Assembly (NCBI GenBank): GCA_010909165.1
Contig: MU008181.1
Coordinates: 310,001-374,000, forward strand
Reading direction: 5' to 3'
Length of the DNA stretch: 64,000 nt
From: Anthoceros angustus
Lineage: Eukaryota > Plantae > Anthocerotophyta
This document shows positions 37,100 to 48,788 of the stretch, in pieces; within the stretch, counting starts at the first letter, position 1; every line of letters starts with the position of its first letter. Made by a program: the position numbers and the translations under genes. A model generated the notes under the pieces. That model was not told the DNA's origin and did not search any database. It saw only the letters and a list, made by a program, of their open reading frames with translations.

Positions 37100-40000
37100 A
37101 TGTCGAATAATTCCGCTTTCACGCCACCGACAATTTTCATGAAATGAACGCTCATGTGCCTTATTCACTTGCGAACGCTTTGCTTTTACGCCCATGCCTA
37201 AGGACATTCATGCCTTGCTTCTTTCCACAAATCCACGATACAATGTTTCAAAGAAATACCGACCCCACCATTATTCCTACGCCTTTCCACCCCACAACTC
37301 TACGGTGATAGGCCACCGGTGTGTGCACGCTGAAGAGAAACACGAGACTCTTTGTAGCAAGCCCTACACTGGAATTTCGGCTCATATCGCGCAGGCTCGA
37401 GGATGACGTGAGCGCAAAGCCTCTTCGCAAAGAAGCTCACCTTTTGTCCACGACAAGACATACGCATTGGGTCAAGGAGAAACGGCAACCGACATTGCTG
37501 CATCGGCCCCCCTCGCCGACCGCTGGCAATTGTCATTCGCCCCCGCCGATCCGCATGCCATCGCCAACATGCCCATGTAGTCCCGCCCGTCCACACATCT
37601 AAGCGGAACTGTCGTCGGCCCATACGATGCACCGAGTGTCACATCCCCACTCCACCCAGCCCACCCATCGCCTTTGCGCGCATGCTCCTTTCGTCAGAGG
37701 ATGCATGGCACCGCAGCCCAGCAGGTGCATCGTGTCCACCACCGCGTGATGGTACACGTGGTCGCCGCGATCGAACCCACCCACGCACACCGGTCGACCA
37801 TCGCCACCAAGCAAAAGATGACTCGCTGCATCCGCCTCACCCCACCACCATTGCGACTCTTCAACGCGGCGCCAACTCCATCGCCTTCGCATCCCCTTCT
37901 CCTTCCGTGTTGGACCCGCCCCAACCCACCAATCCGTGGGAGGCTCCTTGTTCTTCGCAGCCTCAATTCAAATGTGTCCATGTGCTGAAATAGATACCCT
38001 CGGTGCATGTGCCGCAACCCCGTCCACAACTGCATTGCCCACCTCTCATCCGGAGCATCCTCCACTGCATGGTTCCATCCTGCACGCACTAAAACCACCC
38101 ACGAGTCCAAGCCCGCAGCCCTTGTCTCCTCCGCCAAGACATGCGCCACCATGTCCCTCCCATCCGCTTATGCGACGCGAATGTCGTCCGGCAAGCGCTC
38201 GCGAACACCGGCATGGACGGCGATGATGTCGACGCCTCTACCCGCCGCCATCGGGAACGCGCCCGCCGCCATCGCCGCCCACGCCTCGTGTCCTCGCTCG
38301 CTCCGCCCCAACGGATCCGCTACCGCCTGTGGCCCCATCCCGCAAAACAACCGCATCGAGCCACCGCCGCCTTCTGCTCCATGCTCAATGACCGCCCCCA
38401 TCCTCCTTTCCTTAGCCTTTGCCCGACCCCAACCCCAACCCCATTGCTCACGCCCGCCTCTGTGTCTTGCAGCGGACCGGACCGATTGAAGTTCTAATGT
38501 CCCTTCACCCAGTGGTTTCGCCGATTTGTCGGCCGCTCCGGAACGGTGGTCTGCTTCGCCCGATGACCCGCCATGGCTCCACGATTTCCACAACTCGGAT
38601 CGCCCCAGAGAATGGAGTTCCTCCAGCGGCGCGCATGGACTCTTCCCTTCCGCTTGAAATTGAATAAGGGGCATCGCGATTTTCGGAGGCACCCAGAGGC
38701 GCGATGTCATTGCTCCTCCGCCACACTTTAAGATTCCCGCACGCGCCGCCACGTTGTCCTTCTCGACCGCAGCTGGTGCATTAATTCGCCTCCTTTGTGT
38801 GCACAAGCTACCTCCTTCGCCCCACATACTCACAATTAACACCGCAGCAATGAACACGCAACTTCTCATCAATAATTACCAATGGGATGGCATTTCGAAA
38901 CATGTAGTCCACAATCCCAACATCAACACATCACACAACGACTTGGCCACCTCTCTACAACGGCTCGGCAATCTACGCTAGGCCATGCCATAAACCGTGT
39001 TGTGAGAAATGGCGGTACACTCGCGACATAGTGTCCTCGAGTCATACAATGGAAGGAGCAATGTCCCGACGTCATGGCTGTGGGAGCTGTCCTCCGTCAT
39101 CAATGGTACTTCAAACACCACAGGCGCCTCACCAAAGAACACGCGTCCGTAATGAAGGTGTGCGCCTCGTCTCGCAAAGACAACCTACGACCGTCGCGAA
39201 CATGGTCTTCACTGTGTGCATGCCTCAAAGGTCGTCCTGCTCGAAGTTATCTGTACATCCTTGAGCACCGGAGAAAAGAACCGACCACCTCCAAAGATAA
39301 CGTGTTCACAATGGGCATCACCGAAAGGCCCAAGCTGCACCACAAGTCCGAACCTGCCCCCAAGCCCCAACATGCAAGCACTTTTAAACAAGACCTCCTG
39401 CTAGCCTCTCCGACCATGCTCACCTCCATGCCAAGTCAAGGGTCCCGGACGGCGCAAAATGTCGAAAAACTCCGGATCCCCAGCCGTGATGAGGGCAACT
39501 CCTTGATGGCCGCCGCCGGGTCCGCACTTGCCCATGAGGCCTTCTTCAAAGATAGACAACACACCCATCACCTCCGGGTAGCACGCTTTCCGCCTTGAAG
39601 GCCTTCCTCAAGAACGATGAGCCCCGATCTTGCCACACCTTCGCACGCCGCCCATCCGGCCGCCAAGGGCGTGTGCAATTGTGGCCACGGCCATGGGGCA
39701 TGACACTTGCACGGCCAAAGACCATGTACACGAGGTAGCCAAAGAACCGAGCCGTGAGTCGAGGCTGCGTGTTAGAATGAAAGGCCCGCAGCTATGATGA
39801 ACACTCCACACACGCGACTCACCACACAATCGCCATCCGCGAGATGGACTTCCCTTTTGATGTGGTGCGGTCCCCGAGCCCCGGGGTTGTCCTCGCCTCA
39901 AACACGCAGCTTCATGAACATGGGATTCTCGCTGCCGCCATGCCTCGCCCGCGTAGTCGGCCCCTCGCCAACCGTCTCCGCCTGCAACTACCCCCATGCC

Positions 40001-41454
40001 GGGTTGCGATCGACATGGAACTGGGAACAGACTTCCCATCACAATGTTGCTTGAAGAGGTCGACAGGCCTGATTCGCTGCCGCCCTCTACCACACCAAAA
40101 CAGAAAGTGGCCATGGCCAGATCGGGCACTTCAATTCCGAATGGCAAGAGAGGTCCTACCTTCAGACAATCCGCCTCTTACACAGGCGTCATTCGTGGAT
40201 GGGCTCCAGAGTGGTATTTGTGAGGCGAACCGGCGCAGCGGAGTTGGCGGCATCGTGGGCCTCTTGCGCCACTTCCGTGTAAACCGCCGACGCCTCTCAC
40301 AAACCGTTACGCTCGCCGCCGGGCGATGACGCCTTCCATTCTGATCGTGCAGCGCAGCAACTCCTCCTCATCAACAGAGTGGCGGAGGTTGGTTGTGGCC
40401 CATGTCTCCAGCAAGTCCTCAGGCTCTATGGCCCCTAGATCGAGGGCCGGGTCTACGTCTTCCAACAGCTTCAGGAGCCTCGCCGCGGGCGCGATGCGAT
40501 CGATGAAGCCTTCTCGCCCCGACATCGTAAAGCTCCAACCCCGGACGCCACCACGCGCAACCCCCTCCGTGTCTATCCTGTCCTGCCGCCTTCTCCATAA
40601 TCGAGTGCACTTGGTCAACACCGCAGCTGGTCCGGATTCCCCATCCTGCACTCTCTCTCGCGCGCCGCAGGATGTCGAAAACATTCTTGGCCTCACGCGC
40701 TGCGCATTCCGTTCACATGGGAGATGGTGGCGGCTTTCTTCGACCTCCGTGAGGACGGAAGCGCCATGCCGCAACCGCTCGTATGTTTGAATCGACGCCG
40801 ATGGCGGGATGGCTGCGCTGCTCACCGCGGATGCTCCAATAGCGGCGATCCATCTCGAGCGGCGCCGGGCGCCCTCCTTTCATCTCGGAATCGTCAATGA
40901 CTACGAAGGCCCCACTGCGGTGCACTGTGCCGGTCGAGCGATAGCGCCAAGCCACTTGGTCGTCGGATCTCGGTCAACCCAGATCGAGTCTGTCCACCAC
41001 GTGCACGTCATCTCCGTCAATCCGCTTCCCGCCGCCGCTCCTTCCTCCTCTTCCAAGACCGCTTTTCTCGGTAGTTACGGACCATGCGGCGCATCTCGGG
41101 ATACGGATCCCGGACATACAAAAGCGCACCTTGCAAAACGTTAGCGCGCTGCGGTGATGCGAGCGAAAGGGCGGGTCGCAGAGGGCTGCGATGGCGTGAC
41201 TGCGCACCTTCGTTGCGCTCGATGAAACAACAGGCCCAAATTGCGGGAAGGCGGAAGAGGGGCGCCACCCGGTCCACAGTCGGCGGCCACGGTCCTTCAA
41301 ACTCGTCATACCTCGCTCCCACGGGCATGGCGGTGACGTGCAACTCCACCACATGCTGCGGCAATCCTCCGACAAAGCGCCTCCCCATCGCCTCGGTCCT
41401 AAGTGGATGGCCTCGTAAATGCGATTCTGCGGGCGTAATAGAGAGCTTCTTCAT
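37100..41454 (-). other. Candidate second, multi-exon gene of the transposon (product unidentified); its 3' part is duplicated at about 31200-34430
   Basis: Protein-like minus-strand segments (e.g. GFIDRIAPAARLLKLLEDVDPALDLGAIEPEDLLETW, FLRKAFKADMKACYPEVMGVLSILKK, FFGEGPIVVFEVPLMTEDRLTHDVRTLLLPLYDE), plausible splice sites and Cys/His clusters. No family recognised and the boundaries are approximate. Confidence 0.35.
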
Positions 41455-42679
41455 GCACCGGCCCTGCGCCGCCAGACGCCGCCCTCTGCCGTCTCAGAAC
41501 CATAATCGGGTGATTGCGTGTGTGAGGGGATGTTTCCCCGCCGCGCCCGCAGTTCCGGCGTGGAGGAACGTGCACCCCCCTCACCCCCGGAAGGTACACT
41601 CGGCTGTTGCGTCGCCGATCACGCAATGCACTTCGGCCAAGGGTCCGCCGATGGCGGTGTCACACACACCGGAGGGCCTTGCGGATTGCCTCGCGCCTTT
41701 GAATTCTAGCAGCGCGTGGGAGGCTTGGAACGCGATGAGGCCGACCTTGGCGTTGGGGATTTGGGAAGACATTTGCATCCTCGTCGTGAGTTCACCCAAT
41801 CTCCGAGAATATCACCGCCATCGCGGCATGACGGCGCTCGGCCTCTCCTCGCGCCATGTTTTCACTTGGATTGGTGCGAGTCCACAAAAATGGGTGTGCC
41901 TTGGTCACGGCCTCCGCCCGCGATTTCCAGTCAAGGGTGGGAGATGGGGCGAGGCGGCGTGTCCGCGATGGCGAACCACCGGCCGATCTGCGGGAAGATA
42001 CGGCGCCGTCTCCCGTCTTCCGCTCTTTCGCATGACAAGAGCGGAGGTTCATTATTTCGTGGAGTCGTGCCCCAAACGCCTCAAACCCCGCTTAGGATTA
42101 AGAAATGCCCGCCTTTACATGTACGGAAACACGACATTCATTACATCGGAAGACGGAGATGGCGCGCGGCGTGCGCCGTCTCCATGCACCTCGTCGGATG
42201 GCGCATTGTTTAAGGCGAGATGGTGGAGATGAGGACATCTTTGCTTAAACGCCTTCTAGAAGACGCGTTGTTTATGTTTAGTATTCGTGCGGAGGGGCCG
42301 GACGAGGCCGTGGACAAGAATGCGGCCCGCGGCGCTTGGGAAGGCGGTCGCATCTTCAGCAGGGCCATGGTCTGCACCGGTGGCGGTCGTGAGCAGGCGG
42401 TTGCAGCCTCGCCTACAAAACATCTCCTCACGGAAGGGGATTCCGACATGACCAAGGACGTGTGTTCCTCGTAGCAATTTTGCGGTTTTGTCAAATCACT
42501 TCCTCCATGTTTCTGACCCCAACCCAAGCATATATAGTGAATTTGTCCCTGGCATTTCCGAACCTGAATGGATGGCGGAATAACAGATGGATATTGAGTA
42601 TGAGGTTTTTTTGTTCACACATGGCTAGTAGGAAAAGGGTTTTGGGCCAAAGTATAAGGTCCAAAAAAGGATGGAACAT

Positions 42680-44300
42680 AATGCATAATGTTTCAATTTT
42701 CAAAGGCCAAGGAAGATAGTGGTCCATATAGTACAGAGGACTTTACAACCTTGGCCTTTGGGATATTTGAAAGGAGGAAACATCATGCATGGTGTGTCCA
42801 TGCCAAAGGCCAAGGAAGGCGAGGCATATACTACAAAGGACATGTCATCCTTGGCATTTGGGATTTGTCACAAACGAAACATCATGCATGTTGTTTCAAC
42901 CACCAAAGGCCAAGGAAGTTAGTGCTACATATACGCAGTAGGCTTGGTCTTCCCATATGTGTGTGTGGTTGGATGGCAAGATGTAAAGGTAAAACATCTT
43001 TAGGGTTTAGCGAAGGGGCGTTGGCGTGTTAGAGCATGTGCACATATGCATGTAATCCGCATATATAGACATAAATATTACATATGTCTTGTTCCTTGGA
43101 CATTGGCCTATAGTAGGATTGATAGGACATGCTAGCATCCTTGAAAGGTTGGTATATAATATATGGATATATATGTAGGAGAAAGTTGAAAACTAAGCAT
43201 CTTTGCGCAGATGTGCTCAGTTTTTCTTCCTCTATCCCTTGCAAAGCAAATTTTCCATGCATCGTCGATAAAGTTTCTTGGCATATGCCTAAGGATCTTT
43301 GTCGGTAGCAATGGAAAAGCTTCTTATTTTTGTTTCCCTTTTCTATGTATCGCGAAAGGGTTTTCCTTTATATGCATCAATGAAAAGGGTCCTTGCACTT
43401 TGGTACAAGTGATGATAATGTCTTCGCCTTGGAAAAGAGGTATATTATGTTCTCTATATATGAAAACACCGTATACGCATGATATGTGAGAAGTTGTGTC
43501 TCTAGTTTTGCCTTCTTCTATCCTTCGTCGATGGCAAGTTTCCATGCATCATGAACAAAGTTCCTTGGGGCATGGGGAATGAACTTGTCCATGATGCATG
43601 CGAAAGCATATGGTTTTTGCCCTTTTCGCGGCTTCGAGGAAAATGGTCCTTGGCCTTTGGTAGAAGTGAATGGTAATGTCTTCATCTTAGAACTAAGGTA
43701 TATTATGTATGTCTATATATGCAAGAATAACACCGTTAACGTGCATGATAGGATAGAAGTTGTGTTGTGGGTTTTTGCCTTTTGTGCTCGCTTTTTTTCC
43801 ATGCATCCGAGTTCCTTGGCCTATGGCGAAGCTTCCAGTGCATTGAAAAGTTCCTTTCCATATGTTACCTTTTGTATGCTTGCATCTTTCCCGACATGTG
43901 GGAAAAGGCTCCTTGGCCTTTGGCACATGTGACAATGAATGTATTCTGTTGAACCGAGGTATATCATGTATGTCTATATATGTGCGGGAATAACAACGTA
44001 AACGCATGACATGGGGCGGTTTTGTTTTGGTTTTGTCCTTGTAATCTTCGCTGTGGCAATTCTTTGAATGCATCCTCCAAAAGTTGTGGCCCATGGGGAT
44101 TGATTTTTCCACGATGCGTAAATTTCCTTATGTTTTTCCCTCTATGCTTGGCCTATGTGTATGCTTGGCCAATGGAATTGTCTCTACATGCATCATCGAA
44201 AAGGGTCCTTGCCTATGGTACAAGTCATTGTTCATGACCGGTCTTTGAAAATAGTTATATCATACATGGCTATATATGTAGGAATAACGTGGAAAACAAA
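42680..44300. repeat. Degenerate AT-rich modular repeat (about 260-295-bp units) with an inverted left portion
   Basis: GGTATAT(T/C)ATGT..CTATATATG at about 43439, 43697, 43959 and 44255. TCCTTGGCCT(T/A)TGG recurs to the right and its reverse complement CCAAAGGCCAAGGA recurs at about 42704, 42803 and 42903. Confidence 0.65.
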
Positions 44301-45639
44301 CAAGGTGCTTGCGGTTGGTATCGATTTTTCCTCCGCATCGTGGGCATCATTGGCCACATGGCGGATGACGTTTTGCATGATGCATGCCATACGTTGTCTG
44401 CATGACGCACTGATCTCAAGGTTGTGGAGTCCGAGGCACAAACGCCGAAGGCAGCGGTCAAACTGTCCGTCACGCGATCCAGCGCGGCGGTGAACGTTGG
44501 GAAGCCATCCGAACTTGCCGTGATGGGCGGAACGAATGGCCATAACGAGGAAGAGCGGCAGAAGCGCCGGCGAAGAATGGCGGAGGCGCGAGAGGCGATG
44601 GAAGCGGCGGACGGCGGGTGCCGACGGTGGTGGCGCGCGCCACCACCGGTGTTGTGGCGTGTGGAGGTGATATTGCGTGCGATGGACACCTCCCGATTTT
44701 CTTACGGGTGTAGGGTGTGAACGTGGACGACGAACACACCGCAAGTGTGATGGATGGAGAGGAAGGAGTGCAGTGCGCGTGCTCCTCGGCGATGGCGATG
44801 GGCGGCGGTGGGCAATCGCTTTTCCGCATGCGCCTCCTTGGAAGAAGCGGAGTTTGCATCGCGAGTGGCTAGTGGAAACGCGGAAGAGCGTGGTGCGGAA
44901 TCTGAAGGTAAAACATACAGTGCAGCTTAACGATCACAACACACGAGCGAAGGGACGGTTGTCGTCCGGACGCAGTCTGGTGATGCGAGGAGGTGAAGCT
45001 CCGTGACAAAGGTCGGGAAGACGGGTGGTGGAGCGGGATGGCCGTCGGGCGGGGAAGGTGTCGTGGAGGCGGTGTCCATGGATGGCGGGCGATGCGTTGG
45101 CACTTTCGGTATGAGAGGTGCGACGGATGAGGAAGGGGTCTACGAGGAGCTACGTTTTCTTTGTCGCTTTTTACTTGCTATGCGATCCGCATTATGGCGG
45201 TGCCATCTTTGTACAATTGTGGCATTAGTAGTAGTGGTGGCAACTGCGCTGTGTTTGCGTGGACGGTGACCCGGAAAAAGTATGTTTATGTAATTGATGA
45301 GAGAACCGAATATTGAGTTTAAACAAGTGAACATTTTGGCGCTCCAGTACACCGACTGCGAATGTCGTGGGAAGAGGAAAGGAGTTGGCGATTCGCCTAC
45401 AAACGAAATGTAGGCCAAAGGGTTGAGAAGGGCGGGGCGTCCGTGTCATGGTTGTTCAGCGGTTGAGCAGGCGGGTGGACAAATGGAGTCCATGACATGT
45501 GGCGAGACCGCGCCACGAGAGCTGCAACTCCCATTCCGGAAGTGCATGCAAGCTTTGAGGAGGCGAACATGGGCGGCCGCTGCCCAGGCAAGGCAAAGAG
45601 GCCGTGGCCGTAAACACCTCAGCCGGCCAGTGCGGCATT

Positions 45640-47400
45640 TGCAATATTGGGAGGCGTGGGCGGGGAAGGGCGGGTGGAGGGAGTGAAGGCTATGCGCGTT
45701 GTGGGAAGACGGATGGAGGACAAGGGCATGGGCGGTAGTGGCGGGGAGGCGGAGGCGGCGGCAGGCGGGAGGGTGGAGGAGACTCTGGCCTGGCGGCGGG
45801 GCGCCCAGCGGCAGGAGGAAGCGCCATGGCGGAGGGGTGCCGCCGCCATGGCAGCGGTGGCGGCGCATGGCCCGGCAGCGAGAGGAGGCGGGAGGGACAC
45901 AGCGTCCCCTCCCGGCATGGAAGGGGCGGTGCGGCAAGGGTGCGGGGCCCCTCCGCCCTTGGGGTGGAGGCGAAGGAAGCGGCCGCCGCGGAAAGGCGGG
46001 TGGAGGCAGGGCCCTCCCCGCGAGCAGCGCAGCGGGCGGGGAGGCAGTGCGGCGGGAGGAGGGGAGACGGTCCCGTGGTGGCATCACCCAGGGCGGCCAA
46101 AGCGACGGGCGGCACCTGCAGCGCCAGGCGGCGGCAGGCGGCGGCGGGGAGGCACCCCTCCCCATGGCAGCGTCGCCCGGCAGCGATGGCCAGGCGGGGC
46201 GGGAGGAGGAGGGGAGGCTGCCTGCCCTCCCCATGGCGGCGCGTGAGCCAGCGGTGGCAGTGCGGCGGGAGGAGGAGGGCTGCCTCCCCATGGCGGCAGC
46301 GCCAGTGGGCAGCGGCGCACCAGAGGAGGAGGAGGGCACCTCCCCATGGCGCATCTCCAGTAGGAGGAAGGCGGCCTTGAGGAGAGGATCTGAGGCACCT
46401 TCCTCCCCGCCCGGCGCATCAGCGTGGCGAGGCAGCGGCGAGGCGGCGGAGGAGGGGAGGGCACCTTCCCTCCCCAGCATCCCCATCGGCGAGGGGAAGC
46501 GGCCGGGCGGAAGGGGAGGCAGGTGCCCTTCCCCGCCAAACGCCTCGCCAGGTAGCGGGAGGGCACCCCTCCCCATGGCGGCCGGGCCGGGGCGGCCGCG
46601 GAGGCGGGAGGGCACCTTCCTCTCCCATGACGGCCTCCCGGAGCGGGAGGAGGTTGCCCTCCCAGGCGGGGGCGGTGCGGAGGCGGAGGAAGCCAACCCG
46701 GGGTGGAGGGCGACGGAGGCGATGCCGCCCCGCCGCCAGGGAGGTGGATAGGATGGCGGATGCCCGTGGCCGCGCGCCGGCCGGTCGAGCTCGGCATGGC
46801 GGTGGCGATGCAATGTCGCCCGCCGCCATGCCCGAGCGGAGGTCGGCCATGGTGGCGGAGGGCGATGACCGCCGCCCGAGGCCGAGACGGATGGCTCGCG
46901 ATGGCGGGGAATGAGGCGGGATGCGGATGGCGGCGCCATCTGCCCGGACAGGCAACACCGGTGATCTTGGCGGCGATCGCCCAGCGGGGAGTGGGCCAGG
47001 CGCGCGGGCAGCAGGAAGCCCGATTCTGGGAGGAATAACCGTTCCATCGGCGGCATCTCGGCGTCGGCGGGGCGGCAGATTAGGCGGAGGCTCGGGAGGC
47101 GGGAGGAGGCGGGAGGCGTTGCTGCGCGAGCTCACGGCGGTGGAGGCCATCCGGCGGCACACCGGAGGAGGAGGAGGGGAGCAACGGCAGAGGGCGGCGG
47201 AGCGAGGCGATGTCAAGGAGAAGGAGGAGTGCGGCTCAGGCCCCAACTCCGCGGGCGAGCACAAGGGGAGGAAGCGCGACTACGAGGAATCGGACACGGT
47301 GTCCGAAGTGGAGAGCCAAGGCGGGTGCCTCCACGCCGAATGCCCGAGCGGCTTCTGAGGAGGCCCGGCGAGAGGAGGCGATGAGGCGGAATGCTCGGCG
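45640..47400. repeat. GC-rich subterminal low-complexity region with recurrent CCCTCCCCATGGC motif
   Basis: CTCCCCATGGC-like motifs at about 46160, 46227, 46284, 46341 and 46569 embedded in GGC/GGA runs. Confidence 0.75.
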
Positions 47401-48396
47401 TGGAGGCCATGGAGGGCACAATTAAGGTTCTCCAGATGATCAAGCGCATGGATGACGAGGAGGAAGGCGTCGTCATCCCTTGTGCTCGAGTTATCGGCGC
47501 GTTTTGGTTTTGCATAGGGGCGAGGCATGCGCGTAGGAAGGCCGTGGGAGATAGGGTTTGATGCTAATTGTGCAATTTTGCGATGTGTGCGTGGACATCC
47601 TTTTGATGAATGGAATGGCACCCTTATAATGAGCGGCTCGTTGGAGGGACCGTAAACTTTGTTGGTGAGGTATCGACACTCGGCGCTGTTGCACAGGCCT
47701 TCCACATTCTTGATCGCCATCATCTGCATTTGACGAACGCGCAATGGAGAAGGATGTCTACTCCGTAGCTGGGATCGGAGGAGCGGTAGAACAAATTTAG
47801 CGGTGGAATCCCCAAATCCCACCACGGCGATCGCCACATGCACCCGATTTCTTGAGGCAGGCGGCTTCTATGTTCCGGAACATTTTCAACCCTCCACACG
47901 CCCGGGTGTCCGCGTCTTCTTAGCTGTGGACAATGGAATCGTGATTTTGTGAGGAGGCTATCATCGGAAACATTGAGAAGGACGATCGTGCTACGGTGAA
48001 GCAAGAGCGCTCGAATGAAAACAACATTGGCCGTGCAGACCATCATTGCATTCGCATACCATGGCGCGGGGTAGGGTTCGGCAACCACCGGTGTGGTCGG
48101 CGCAGCAGCGTGTTAGGGTTTGCCATCCATGGCGGGCCATGGAAGAAAACTTTATGGCGGAAGGTAGGGTGGAAGGTCAAAACAATGTGTCACGGCTCTT
48201 TGTTTGATTGAAAGTTGCAAGGACAAAAACATTTTCAACCCTACACCCTTTTCGAGGGAGGCGTGTGTGTCCCTTTGGTGCTTGGCATTTGTTGGTTAGG
48301 GCGCCAAAGCGCCATGTGACCATGTCTTTGTAAAAAAAGATCTCGTCGGAATCTCGGCATATTCCTCAAGATCCCCAGGGCTTGCATGGGTTTCGC

Positions 48397-48442
48397 GAAA
48401 AAAAAAATGTCCCATCCCCTCTGTCCCCTTTGGTATGCCATA
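48397..48442 (-). repeat. Right terminal inverted repeat of the IS3EU/GingerRoot-type element
   Basis: Ends ...CTTTGGTATGCCATA and is immediately followed by the TSD CCTATC. Confidence 0.92.
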
Positions 48443-48788
48443 CCTATCTCCCCACTATTTGATTTTTATCTTCACTTCGCATTTATCACAATCACGGCCA
48501 ACAAATCAATACGTAATAACTTTCGCTAAAAACAAAATCAGTAGATAATAAACAATGCAAAAGAATATTGACACCAATTTTCGAATGTAGAACTTTGTTG
48601 TTTCCCGCGCCTTCACGCGGCTCGGGCCGGATTGCCTTCTGCGGTCTCCTCCATGGATTCCCCAGAGGATTGGAGTGACTTTGAGTCGTCCCCCAACATC
48701 GCGATGCAGGTAAGTGCTGTGATGTGATCAGTTCCTTTCGTGAATTGGATTGCTCTGAAAGTTGAAGTCGTTTGCCTTCTCGGCTCAG

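Larger units (their letters stand above)
28328..40342. repeat. Tandem duplication of about 6 kb inside the transposon (unit 1 28328-34430, unit 2 34422-40342)
   Basis: Matching anchors with offsets 6090 (28386/34476), 6038 (29543/35581), 5917 (32070/37987) and 5909 (34302/40211). The copies differ by many small indels. The junction lies on TTCCATTCT. Confidence 0.93.
26475..48442. mobile_element. Complete giant (21,968 bp) IS3EU/GingerRoot-type DDE DNA transposon
   Basis: Left end TATGGCATACCAAAGAGGAGAGGGGGACATTTTTTTC; the right end reverse-complements to TATGGCATACCAAAGGGGACAGAGGGGATGGGACATTTTTTTTTTC (first 15 bp identical). It is flanked by an identical 6-mer CCTATC at 26469-26474 and 48443-48448. 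The internal transposase has integrase-like WHMD / RSD / SVHNQRIE motifs. Confidence 0.9.

Noticed and set aside
41084-42232. 382-aa plus-strand ORF inside the transposon
   Set aside because: No recognisable motifs, GC-rich, and it overlaps more protein-like minus-strand segments; likely a shadow ORF.
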